NCBI GenBank assembly: GCA_001819435.1
Contig: MHMT01000003.1
Span: forward strand, 5,797 to 69,796
Direction: 5' to 3'
From: Candidatus Portnoybacteria bacterium RBG_13_40_8
Lineage (GTDB): Bacteria; Patescibacteriota; Minisyncoccia; RBG-13-40-8-A
Length of the DNA stretch: 64,000 nt
Part shown: positions 30,379 through 38,629 of the stretch, in pieces
Layout: every line of letters starts with the position of its first letter
How positions within the stretch are numbered: position 1 is the stretch's first letter
Notes under the pieces: model-generated
Databases searched by the model: none
What the model saw: the letters and a program-made list of their open reading frames with translations, nothing else
What the model was told of the DNA's origin: nothing
Translations under genes and position numbers: made by a program

Positions 30379-30942
30379 TCAAAAGATTTCTTTATGAATC
30401 ATGTCCTTTAGTCTTCTTTTTGGAACATGTAAAATGCCTTTTTTATCAAGCCAGTATTTTATATCTTTTTTAAATTTATCCTCAACAGATTTCTGTTTGG
30501 GATAGCCGAGAGCTATTGCCAATTCAATCATGTAATCTTTTGGAATATTTAAATATTTGATCAACTTGTCTCTGTTTAGCGAACCAATTATACAGCTTGC
30601 TATTCCTTTCTCTAGTGCAGTTAATAATATGTTTTCTATCGCTAAACCCACATCATATTTAGCATTAGTACTTATTTTAGTGTTAGAGATTATTAAAATA
30701 TAAGCAGTGGGCCTTTCTCCTGTTTTTGGAGCTCCATTTTTCAAATAACCTGCCCAATTGGTGCATTCAAAAACTCGGTCAAGATTCTTGGTTATCAAAA
30801 TATATTCTAAGGGTTGAAGATTGGCAGAGCTTGGTGCAAGTCTGGCCGTATTTATGCATGAAAGAATGTCAGATTTTTTAATTTCTTTTTGAGAAAATTT
30901 TCTTATCGTCCTTCTTTTTAGAATTAATTTATATGTATTCAT
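30379..30942 (-). CDS. Nitroreductase family protein
   Basis: [33 protein letters not shown]. Confidence 0.88.
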   Translation of the reverse strand: MNTYKLILKRRTIRKFSQKEIKKSDILSCINTARLAPSSANLQPLEYILITKNLDRVFECTNWAGYLKNGAPKTGERPTAYILIISNTKISTNAKYDVGLAIENILLTALEKGIASCIIGSLNRDKLIKYLNIPKDYMIELAIALGYPKQKSVEDKFKKDIKYWLDKKGILHVPKRRLKDMIHKEIF

Positions 30943-30943
30943 T

Positions 30944-31663
30944 TTAATCTGTGGTTAATTTTTCTTTTATACCGCTTCCCAGGGATTTTTTTAATTTTTT
31001 TAATGTTTTTACAAGATTATCTACATTATCTATAATTATTGCATGTTCGTCATCGGGAAATTTTTCTTGTGAATTATCTTTTACGTAAAAAAAGATATCC
31101 GATGGCTCAAATGCTACCGACAGATAGAGTATATTGTGTTCTGAACAATGCAATCCAAAAGCTATTTTTTTGTTTGTAAGTCTTCTGAGTCTGTCAATGG
31201 CTTTTAGATTGGTATCTTCTATTTTTCGTGATAACTGAGTATGAATAAATTTTATATTTTTTAATTTTTTACTCATTTTAATTATTTCTTTTTCACTTGA
31301 GATGCCGGTAGATACAAAAATAGGCTTATTTGTTTTCTGTAGTTTGCTTAGAAGGGCATCATCTAAAATAGAAGTACTCAAAGATTTCCAGAAATCAGCC
31401 CCGGCCGAATTAAGAAAAGAAATCATTTTTTTATCCGTAATCGCAAAGCCTATTAACTTGTTGTTTTTGTGAACAAAATCTATCGCATTTTTATAAAAAT
31501 TTTTGCTAAGTGGCCCTCCCCATTTTTTTATTTTGTCATAATACGTAGGTTCTACAACTTGAAAAGTAATCGCATCAATATCTGTACTAATCAATTTCTT
31601 AAGCATTTTGAATGCCCTCGTTTCACTACCTTTATAATTTTTACCTATTTCCGAAATAAACAT
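30944..31663 (-). CDS. Divergent, truncated NeuB-family TIM-barrel protein
   Basis: SEIGKN, AITFQ, KPIFVSTG, NLKAI; no SAF domain, SDH and EKH motifs altered. Confidence 0.65.
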   Translation of the reverse strand: MFISEIGKNYKGSETRAFKMLKKLISTDIDAITFQVVEPTYYDKIKKWGGPLSKNFYKNAIDFVHKNNKLIGFAITDKKMISFLNSAGADFWKSLSTSILDDALLSKLQKTNKPIFVSTGISSEKEIIKMSKKLKNIKFIHTQLSRKIEDTNLKAIDRLRRLTNKKIAFGLHCSEHNILYLSVAFEPSDIFFYVKDNSQEKFPDDEHAIIIDNVDNLVKTLKKLKKSLGSGIKEKLTTD

Positions 31664-31690
31664 TTTATTTTTCTAATATATTTTAAGTTT

Positions 31691-32812
31691 TTACTGAACT
31701 TCTTTTTTTAATCTCCAAACCCCATTTCTTTTTTCCAGAATTTCTTTATTGGCAAACTTGTCTGCTATTGCCCAAAACTTTTCTTCTGGATACTCAATAA
31801 AGTCAAGAAAATCTTTTAACATCTTTCTGTCTAGTTTATAATCTTCTTCATTCACCAATTTCACTGCTTCCTCTCTGGTTAGTCTGCCTTCTCTTATCAA
31901 GACGCTGCTGGTTGCCGTGGTGTAGCAAAAACCGAACTTGAGAAACTTAAACCAGGCATCAGTAAGGTATCCTACTGTGTCAATCTGATTATATTGTTCT
32001 ATGTAGCCTTCTCTTTTCCATTCACCAGTATCATCGAGCGTCTTAAACCCCTTACTTCTGGCAAACTCCATGTGTTTATATTGGCTCCACGGAACAAAAT
32101 AACTTAAATAAATTGGGTCTAATTTGGCTCTTTTTATTTCTTCTGCCGAAGGATAGATACAAGGATTAAAGTCTTTCATAGAGAGAGATGGATCTTCTTT
32201 TAGCCAAACACTCCAATCTATTGGCTTAATAACATCATTGTTGATCTGTTCAAGGGCGCTATATGTCTCTTTGTCTCCTAACGTTCCGCCGTATTCATAG
32301 CTAGTATTCTCGCCATAAACAACTAAAGGTATGCCGAGTTTAATAGCCATTTGAATAGGATAAGCATAAATAGCAAGATCAAAATACCATCCTGGTTTAC
32401 CAATTTTCTCTAACCCCATTCGAAACATTTTCTTACATACCTTTGGGTTTAACGACATTATATGGGCATCTACTCCAAACTTTTGTAAAAGATTACTCCA
32501 GTTTTGCTTGCCGGTCTTGGTCCAACTAAAATTATCAATATTTATCAAAAGCGGATTCATTCCTAACTTCTCTTTTAAGATATAGGTTTGATAATAGCTA
32601 TCTTTTCCAGCGCTAACAGTATTAATACAATCATAATAATTACCATTTGAGCCACGGTATTTATCTGCCAATTTTTCCAATTCTTGCCATCGTTTATTCC
32701 AGTCAGTTTTGGCCTTGGTTTCATGATGTCGGCACGGATAACAAACTCCTTCATCATCGAATTTTATGCCAGGCCTAGTGTCTGGCATGACGCATTTTTT
32801 ACAATATCTCAT
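31691..32812 (-). CDS. N-acetyl sugar amidotransferase (WbuX/PseA-like)
   Basis: YCKKCVMPDTRP, VSAGKDS PP-loop, YGEN..EYGG, KFLKFGF, IREG..TREEA. Confidence 0.88.
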   Translation of the reverse strand: MRYCKKCVMPDTRPGIKFDDEGVCYPCRHHETKAKTDWNKRWQELEKLADKYRGSNGNYYDCINTVSAGKDSYYQTYILKEKLGMNPLLINIDNFSWTKTGKQNWSNLLQKFGVDAHIMSLNPKVCKKMFRMGLEKIGKPGWYFDLAIYAYPIQMAIKLGIPLVVYGENTSYEYGGTLGDKETYSALEQINNDVIKPIDWSVWLKEDPSLSMKDFNPCIYPSAEEIKRAKLDPIYLSYFVPWSQYKHMEFARSKGFKTLDDTGEWKREGYIEQYNQIDTVGYLTDAWFKFLKFGFCYTTATSSVLIREGRLTREEAVKLVNEEDYKLDRKMLKDFLDFIEYPEEKFWAIADKFANKEILEKRNGVWRLKKEVQ

Positions 32813-32821
32813 ATTTTTATT

Positions 32822-34399
32822 TTAATTGTTAATTTTTTTATTATATATATTTTCTAAAGCCCTTATATATTTCTTTGTTTTTCCGTTATCGTTCCAAACG
32901 CCATCGTGAGCAAATACACATTCTTCATGTATTTTATATAATTCTTCTGTTAATTTTTTTCCGATCTCGTCATCCTTTTCCGATCGTTCTATATATTTAT
33001 AAAAAAGACGGGGCATTTTTATATACAATACAAATCGTTCCCGAAGAGCTATAAGCTCTTTTTGGGGAATATCGGGGAAAGTCAAGGCCGGTCTGTCATT
33101 TTGGAATACTGCATCGGAGTTTTCGTCAAAGAAGCCATTTTTTACGGCAATCTCTCTTAGCTCAGTTTTTTCTAAAGGAAAGAAGAATCCCGCATTCGGA
33201 TATCGAACCTCTGCCTTTCTATTCAATTCGATAGTTTCCATAACGGTTTTTCTATTTTCAAATGGAACACCCAGCATATTGAAAGCAGAAGTGCGAATGC
33301 CGGCGTCATTAAATAATTTAGTTGCCTCTATGATTTCTTCTTCGGTTTCAATCCTTTTGAACATTTCCTTTCTTAATTTATGATTTCCTGTTTCAATGCC
33401 TAGGCTTACACTGACACAGTTCATTTTTTTAAGAAGTTCTACTTTTTCTCGGGTTACATTTCGGGCATTAGCCATAATAACAAACGGAACTCCGACTTCT
33501 TTTTTATATTTATCAGCCAATTCATTGAAATAATCCAGTGATTTGAGACAAAAATCTTCATCGTGAAATTTAAAGAATTCCAAATCCCATTTATCAACCA
33601 GATATTTTAATTCCTTAATAATTCTATCTATGTTGTAATATCTTAAGAAAGGACCGGCTCCTGGCCCATAAAGTTTACGGTAAGCGGCATTAATGCAATA
33701 TGTGCATTGATTTGGACAGCCCCAGTATATCATGTGGTCGCCGCCTCTATATATTTTGCCGTCAAATGGTTTAAGGAAATGACGTTTGTCAAAAATTGAC
33801 CAATCAAAAAATGGCAGAGAATCCAGGTTCTGAAAATATGGTCGCAAGGGATTTTTTTTAATCCCCCCATTATCATCCTTATATGCGATATTATTAATTG
33901 TCTTAGGATTACAATTTTTAGCAATACATTCAACAAACTCTGGCATAAATTCTATTCCCTCGCCAACGCAAGCAAAGTCTATATGATTACAATCAAGAAT
34001 CTTTTCGGGTACCATTGTTGCTGCTTTGCCTCCCCATATAACTATGGTGTGGTTATTCCATTCCTTGACAATCCTTGAAATCTCGAAACCAATGTATATC
34101 TCATCTGACAAAGCAGAAATTCCGATTATATCGGGATTAAATTCGTTTAATTTTTTCAACAATTCTTCTTTTAAATTAACTTTTTTCTTGGCCACATCGT
34201 ATTTACTGAAATCAACATCTTTGAAAATTTTTATCTTACTACGGACTTGAGTATTGTTTTGAAAGTTAAAATCTATAAAAGTGGTATCGAATAAATCAAC
34301 CTCGTGTCCTTTGTTTTTTAAGATACCGAATAATAAAGATAGGCTCATTGGTTTAAAGCCAAATTGATCTTTATTGGGCCATACAAATAATATTTTCAT
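32822..34399 (-). CDS. Cobalamin-binding radical SAM protein
   Basis: WGGK..GEG, WGCPNQCTYC, GIETGN; paralogous to 7388..8902. Confidence 0.9.
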   Translation of the reverse strand: MKILFVWPNKDQFGFKPMSLSLLFGILKNKGHEVDLFDTTFIDFNFQNNTQVRSKIKIFKDVDFSKYDVAKKKVNLKEELLKKLNEFNPDIIGISALSDEIYIGFEISRIVKEWNNHTIVIWGGKAATMVPEKILDCNHIDFACVGEGIEFMPEFVECIAKNCNPKTINNIAYKDDNGGIKKNPLRPYFQNLDSLPFFDWSIFDKRHFLKPFDGKIYRGGDHMIYWGCPNQCTYCINAAYRKLYGPGAGPFLRYYNIDRIIKELKYLVDKWDLEFFKFHDEDFCLKSLDYFNELADKYKKEVGVPFVIMANARNVTREKVELLKKMNCVSVSLGIETGNHKLRKEMFKRIETEEEIIEATKLFNDAGIRTSAFNMLGVPFENRKTVMETIELNRKAEVRYPNAGFFFPLEKTELREIAVKNGFFDENSDAVFQNDRPALTFPDIPQKELIALRERFVLYIKMPRLFYKYIERSEKDDEIGKKLTEELYKIHEECVFAHDGVWNDNGKTKKYIRALENIYNKKINN

Positions 34400-34413
34400 A
34401 ATATCCTCATCTT

Positions 34414-35571
34414 TTAAATAGTAATTTTCTTCTGGATAATGTTATCTAATTCTATAGTAGACAATATATTAACGATTTTCTTGCTAGTATTTCCTTTTCC
34501 ATATATATATTCGGGCGGATACTTGCCATGTTGAATAGATTTTAAGATAGCTTTTTTGATTTCGGCTTTATCATAACCAACATTAATAACATTTTTTCCT
34601 CTTTCTCTTCCATTTTGTCTGGTTCCAATATTTATAGTCGGAGTACCAAAATAACAAGATTCCCGAATACCGCTGCTAGAGTTACCAACCATACAAGTAG
34701 CCTTGGCAAGTAATGAAATGTAATCTTCGAATACGATATTCTTGCCCATGGTAACATGCCCGAGTTTCTTGGCAATATCAAATAATCTTATTTCTCTGAC
34801 CATGTCTTTTGAACCAGCATCCACATTTGGGAATAGCATAATTGTTTTAATTTTTAACTCAGAAATTGCCTTGAGGGTTTCTCGGATTTGTTGCCGGCAA
34901 TATTGATATTCGGTTGTTACCGGATGTTGAACAACTATTAAAAACGGCTTATTTTTGTCTAAATTATATTTTCTATAAATTTCGCTCCTGGGTTTATTTT
35001 TCTTTGATAAAATAATATCTACAGCAGAACAGCCAACGTTAAAGACCATATCGGGTCTTTCTCCCATTTTTATTATTCTTTCAGCGCTTTTGGCTGTAGC
35101 CGGAAAATGAATATGAGCAAGTTTTGTTATCGCATGACGAATACTTTCATCTATTGAGCCAGTAGTTTCGCCTCCTTCCATATGAGCTATTGGTATATTC
35201 ATAAAAGCAGCAGATACCACCGTTCCTAAAATATCAAAACGGTCGCCTGATACAAAAACCATATCTGGTTTATATAAGCTCAAAAGCGTTGGAATTTCTA
35301 ATGCGCATAAACCAACTGACTTAGCCATTGAAATCAAATCTTCTCCCGCTGCTATGGTTCTTGCAACAGCATTTATTTTAAAGCCGTCGTCTCTTATTGC
35401 ATTGATTGTTTTGCCAAAATCATCAAGAAGATGTGATGCCGTTACAATCAATATCAATTTTAGTTTGGGATTTTTTTTGATTGCCCTCATTACGGGTTTA
35501 AGCTTGCTGTATTCAGACCGATTTCCAGTAACAACGCAAATTTTTCTTATTTTAGCTTTAGATTTTCCCAT
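34414..35571 (-). CDS. neuC: UDP/GDP-N-acetylglucosamine 2-epimerase (hydrolysing)
   Basis: VTGNRSEY, GDRFD, HMEGGE, DESIRHAITKLAH, GNSSSGIRE. Confidence 0.92.
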   Translation of the reverse strand: MGKSKAKIRKICVVTGNRSEYSKLKPVMRAIKKNPKLKLILIVTASHLLDDFGKTINAIRDDGFKINAVARTIAAGEDLISMAKSVGLCALEIPTLLSLYKPDMVFVSGDRFDILGTVVSAAFMNIPIAHMEGGETTGSIDESIRHAITKLAHIHFPATAKSAERIIKMGERPDMVFNVGCSAVDIILSKKNKPRSEIYRKYNLDKNKPFLIVVQHPVTTEYQYCRQQIRETLKAISELKIKTIMLFPNVDAGSKDMVREIRLFDIAKKLGHVTMGKNIVFEDYISLLAKATCMVGNSSSGIRESCYFGTPTINIGTRQNGRERGKNVINVGYDKAEIKKAILKSIQHGKYPPEYIYGKGNTSKKIVNILSTIELDNIIQKKITI

Positions 35572-36581
35572 TTTATTAATTGATTGGCCTTTATGCTTTT
35601 TTTGGCTCTCAGGCCAACTATTTTATTTAAATATTTTGCCGGGATGCCTGTCCCGGGGCGTTTAACCCAGACCATATTTTTCTTTATCGTCGCTCCGTTT
35701 GGTATATCAACAAGAGAGACCACGCTTTCCCGAGCCATTTTTTTAACTGGCAACTCATCCGAAGTTATTTTTTTGGTAGAGCCCAGGGCTTTTTCTACGG
35801 CCCTCACTCCTTGAACCAATTCCTTTAACTCTTTTGGCTCAATAGATGCTTTTTGGTCGGGGCCTGGCCATTTTCTGCTTATGGTAAAGTGTTTCTCTAA
35901 AACACAAGCGCCGAGAGCAATTGCTGTCAGGGCAGTATAGATGCCTATCGAATGGTCGGATAAACCAACGGGTATTTTAAGTTCTTTCTTCAGTCTTTCT
36001 ATGACTCTTAGATTCAAATCCTCATACTTTGCCGGATATGAAGATGTGCAGTGAAGAATTATAAATTTATTATTAAATCTCTTAACAAAATTGACCGTTT
36101 CCCGGACTTCCCTAAAAGTGCTCATGCCTGTTGAAATAATCATAGGTTTTCCTTTTCGGACTATATGTTCCAATAATGGAAGGTTTGTCATTTCTCCAGA
36201 CCCAACTTTATACGCCTTAACTCCTATTTTTTCTAATAAATCAGCTGCCTCTCTGCTAAATGGTGTTGATAAAAATAAAATTCCTTTCTTCTCAGCGTAT
36301 TTTTTAAGATTAATATGGTCTTTTTTAGACAGTTCAACCTTTTTAAGAAGATCGAAAAGGGAGCTTTTTACATATTCGGCAGTAAAACCATCCTTGAGCA
36401 TCTCTTTTTCTGGCAGATGGGTTTGAAATTTTATAGCGTCGGCTCCGGCTTCGGCTGCCTTTTGAATCAAAAGCATTGCTTTTTCGATATTACCATTGTG
36501 ATTTATTCCAGCTTCAGCAATGATAAAGCAGGGTTGATTTTCCCCAATTAATTTTTCCCCAATTTTAATTTTATTTATCAT
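35547..36581 (-). CDS. neuB: N-acetylneuraminate/legionaminate synthase family protein
   Basis: IAEAGINHNG, GADAIKFQ, HCTSSYP, GLSDHS, LEKHFT, GPDQ, SAF domain KRPGTG. Confidence 0.93.
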   Translation of the reverse strand: MINKIKIGEKLIGENQPCFIIAEAGINHNGNIEKAMLLIQKAAEAGADAIKFQTHLPEKEMLKDGFTAEYVKSSLFDLLKKVELSKKDHINLKKYAEKKGILFLSTPFSREAADLLEKIGVKAYKVGSGEMTNLPLLEHIVRKGKPMIISTGMSTFREVRETVNFVKRFNNKFIILHCTSSYPAKYEDLNLRVIERLKKELKIPVGLSDHSIGIYTALTAIALGACVLEKHFTISRKWPGPDQKASIEPKELKELVQGVRAVEKALGSTKKITSDELPVKKMARESVVSLVDIPNGATIKKNMVWVKRPGTGIPAKYLNKIVGLRAKKSIKANQLIKWENLKLK

Positions 36582-37272
36582 ATTTTTTTATTTGTTTAGT
36601 TAGCCAAAAATCAAATTCTGTATCAATTTCAAGGGAATTTTTTTCTGGCATAATATATAATCCAATTTTCCCATTTAGTATGTTGTGTTTTTTTATAAAG
36701 TTTTCATACTTTGTGATATATATTGCTCCATTTTCTTTATATTCAGGTTTTCTATCTTGTCTTCGAGCTTGTTTTCGAGTTCTTTTTTTAAAATCGTAGT
36801 TTATGCAAATCGCTGTGCTCCGATTAATTTTCCATATAAATGCATGTGAAGGACAGACGCTTAATAAGGAATCGTATTTTTCTTCTAAAAATTTATTTAT
36901 CGCTTCATCTATATGATGAGCAGCGCGAAGAGGAGAGGTGGGTTGAAGCAAAACAATAATATTTGGTTTATAATTTCCGTGTTTTTTCAAATAACTAATA
37001 ATATGTTCTAATACCGATTGCATTGGAGTAGTGTCCCCTGATAACTTTTTTGGTCTTTTTACCACCTCGGCTTTATATCTTTTTGAAATTTCCTTTATTT
37101 CTTTATCTTCCGTAGAAACAATTACTCTGTCTAATAATTTGCTTTTTAATGCCGCTTCTATGGTGTAGGCAATCAATGGTTTGTTTGTTAAAAGCCTAAT
37201 ATTTTTCTTGGGAATTCCCTTAGATCCTCCCCGAGCTGGAATTATTGCTAAAATTTTTTTATTTTTATACAT
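36571..37272 (-). CDS. neuA: Acylneuraminate (nonulosonate) cytidylyltransferase
   Basis: IPARGGSKGIPKKN, LQPTSPLR, ENGAIY, EIDT. Confidence 0.92.
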   Translation of the reverse strand: MYKNKKILAIIPARGGSKGIPKKNIRLLTNKPLIAYTIEAALKSKLLDRVIVSTEDKEIKEISKRYKAEVVKRPKKLSGDTTPMQSVLEHIISYLKKHGNYKPNIIVLLQPTSPLRAAHHIDEAINKFLEEKYDSLLSVCPSHAFIWKINRSTAICINYDFKKRTRKQARRQDRKPEYKENGAIYITKYENFIKKHNILNGKIGLYIMPEKNSLEIDTEFDFWLTKQIKKYDK

Positions 37273-37291
37273 GATTTATTGCTTAATAAAA

Positions 37292-38257
37292 TTAATTTGA
37301 TTTATTTATTTCAACTTGATCCTTAATCCAAGAATATGTTTTAGTCAGGCCGTCACGCAGAGAAAACTGAGAAATCCAGCCCAGGGAAGAAATGCGGTCA
37401 ATGCGGAAATTTCTGGCTTTTACTCCTACGGGTCCTTCTATGTGCTTAAGGTTTATTTTCTTGCCGGAAATTTCGGCAATTGTTTTTGCTAATTCATCTA
37501 CGCTCACGTATTCCTGGCGACCGATGTTGACACCGTTTTCTATATCTGAATCCATAAGCATTCGGATTCCCTCGATCATGTCGTCGATATAAGTGTAGGC
37601 GCGCATGGCCGTGCCGTCGCCCCAAATTTCAATGGTATCATTATCCTTGGCTTCAGCAATCTTGCGGCAGAGCGCTGCAGGGGCCTTTTCCCGTCCGCCT
37701 TTCCACGTGCCCTCCGGCCCATAGCAATTCTGGAATCGAGCCAATCGGATAGTCAGACCAAAACGACGGCCATAAGCCATAGCCATACGTTCAGCATAAA
37801 GTTTTTCCCAGCCGTATTCATTATCCGGTAAGGCGGGATAGGCATTCTCTTCAGATAATTCGAGTTCATTATACTCCATATCCCTATAAACACAGGCAGA
37901 AGAAGAAAAGAAATAGCGCTTAACCCCTGCGTTAGCACTAGAATGAATCATATGGATATTTATCAAGGCGCTGTTGTGCATAATTTCGCATTCAGCCGCA
38001 TGGATGAATCCCATGCCGCCCATGTCAGCTGCTAATTGGTAAACCTCGTCAAAGCTTTCATGATTTGGTCCAAGAATAGCTGTCTGGCAGTTCTTTTCTT
38101 CTCTCAAATCCAGAATTAAGAATTCATCCGCAGCGCTCGGAGAGAATTCTGGTTTTTTTAAATCAACTCCGCGCACCCAATAACCTTCTTTTTTAAGTTG
38201 CCTTACCAGATGGCCGCCAATAAAACCTCCTGCTCCGCAGACTAAGGCTTTTTTCAT
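37292..38257 (-). CDS. NAD-dependent epimerase, GDP-mannose 3',5'-epimerase-like
   Basis: GAGGFIG, LAADMGGMGFI, SSSACVY, YGWEKL, GGREKAPAALCRK. Confidence 0.88.
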   Translation of the reverse strand: MKKALVCGAGGFIGGHLVRQLKKEGYWVRGVDLKKPEFSPSAADEFLILDLREEKNCQTAILGPNHESFDEVYQLAADMGGMGFIHAAECEIMHNSALINIHMIHSSANAGVKRYFFSSSACVYRDMEYNELELSEENAYPALPDNEYGWEKLYAERMAMAYGRRFGLTIRLARFQNCYGPEGTWKGGREKAPAALCRKIAEAKDNDTIEIWGDGTAMRAYTYIDDMIEGIRMLMDSDIENGVNIGRQEYVSVDELAKTIAEISGKKINLKHIEGPVGVKARNFRIDRISSLGWISQFSLRDGLTKTYSWIKDQVEINKSN

Positions 38258-38267
38258 AGTGATTATA

Positions 38268-38516
38268 TTACCACTTTTTGATTTTGTTTTTTATATTCTT
38301 TTTCAGTTTTTGATAAACTGCCACTGCCTTCCTTTCAACTTTAGGAGAGACCAGTCTCAGGATTTCTTTCCCTAAAATCCTGTATTGCCCCCCGACTTTA
38401 TTTGCCTTGATAATGCCATTCTTAAGAAGGCGTTTTATGGTGCTGTCGCTCACTTTCAAAATTTCTTTAGTTTCGTTGGTGGTATATATTGAGTTTGGAT
38501 TTACTTCTTTTTCCAT
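38268..38516 (-). CDS. Small HTH_17 / excisionase / BldC-like DNA-binding protein
   Basis: YTTNETKEILKVSDSTIKRLLKNGIIKANKVGGQYRI winged-helix pattern. Confidence 0.85.
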   Translation of the reverse strand: MEKEVNPNSIYTTNETKEILKVSDSTIKRLLKNGIIKANKVGGQYRILGKEILRLVSPKVERKAVAVYQKLKKNIKNKIKKW

Positions 38517-38525
38517 ATTAGTTTA

Positions 38526-38577
38526 ATTGTACGGCAGTTAAAATACTGGTGTCAATAGGTGTCAAAAGGTGTCAAGC
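38526..38577 (-). promoter_or_regulatory. Promoter with three TTGACACC direct repeats at 10-bp period
   Basis: ggtgtcaa at 38548, 38558 and 38568; the proximal copy gives TTGACA-N18-TACAAT, 9 nt before the ATG. Confidence 0.7.
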
Positions 38578-38629
38578 ATATTCCCGTGGATAAACAAAAA
38601 AAGAGCAATCTTGCGCTTTTTCTATTTGA

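Noticed and set aside
36756-36779. 12-bp tandem duplication in neuA (RKQA/RRQD)
   Set aside because: Real but most simply replication slippage in a loop
38268-38516. Excisionase of a prophage or ICE
   Set aside because: No integrase, att-tRNA or phage genes nearby; a regulatory role fits better
38585-38593. DnaA-box-like CGTGGATAA
   Set aside because: Single mismatched copy with no origin context
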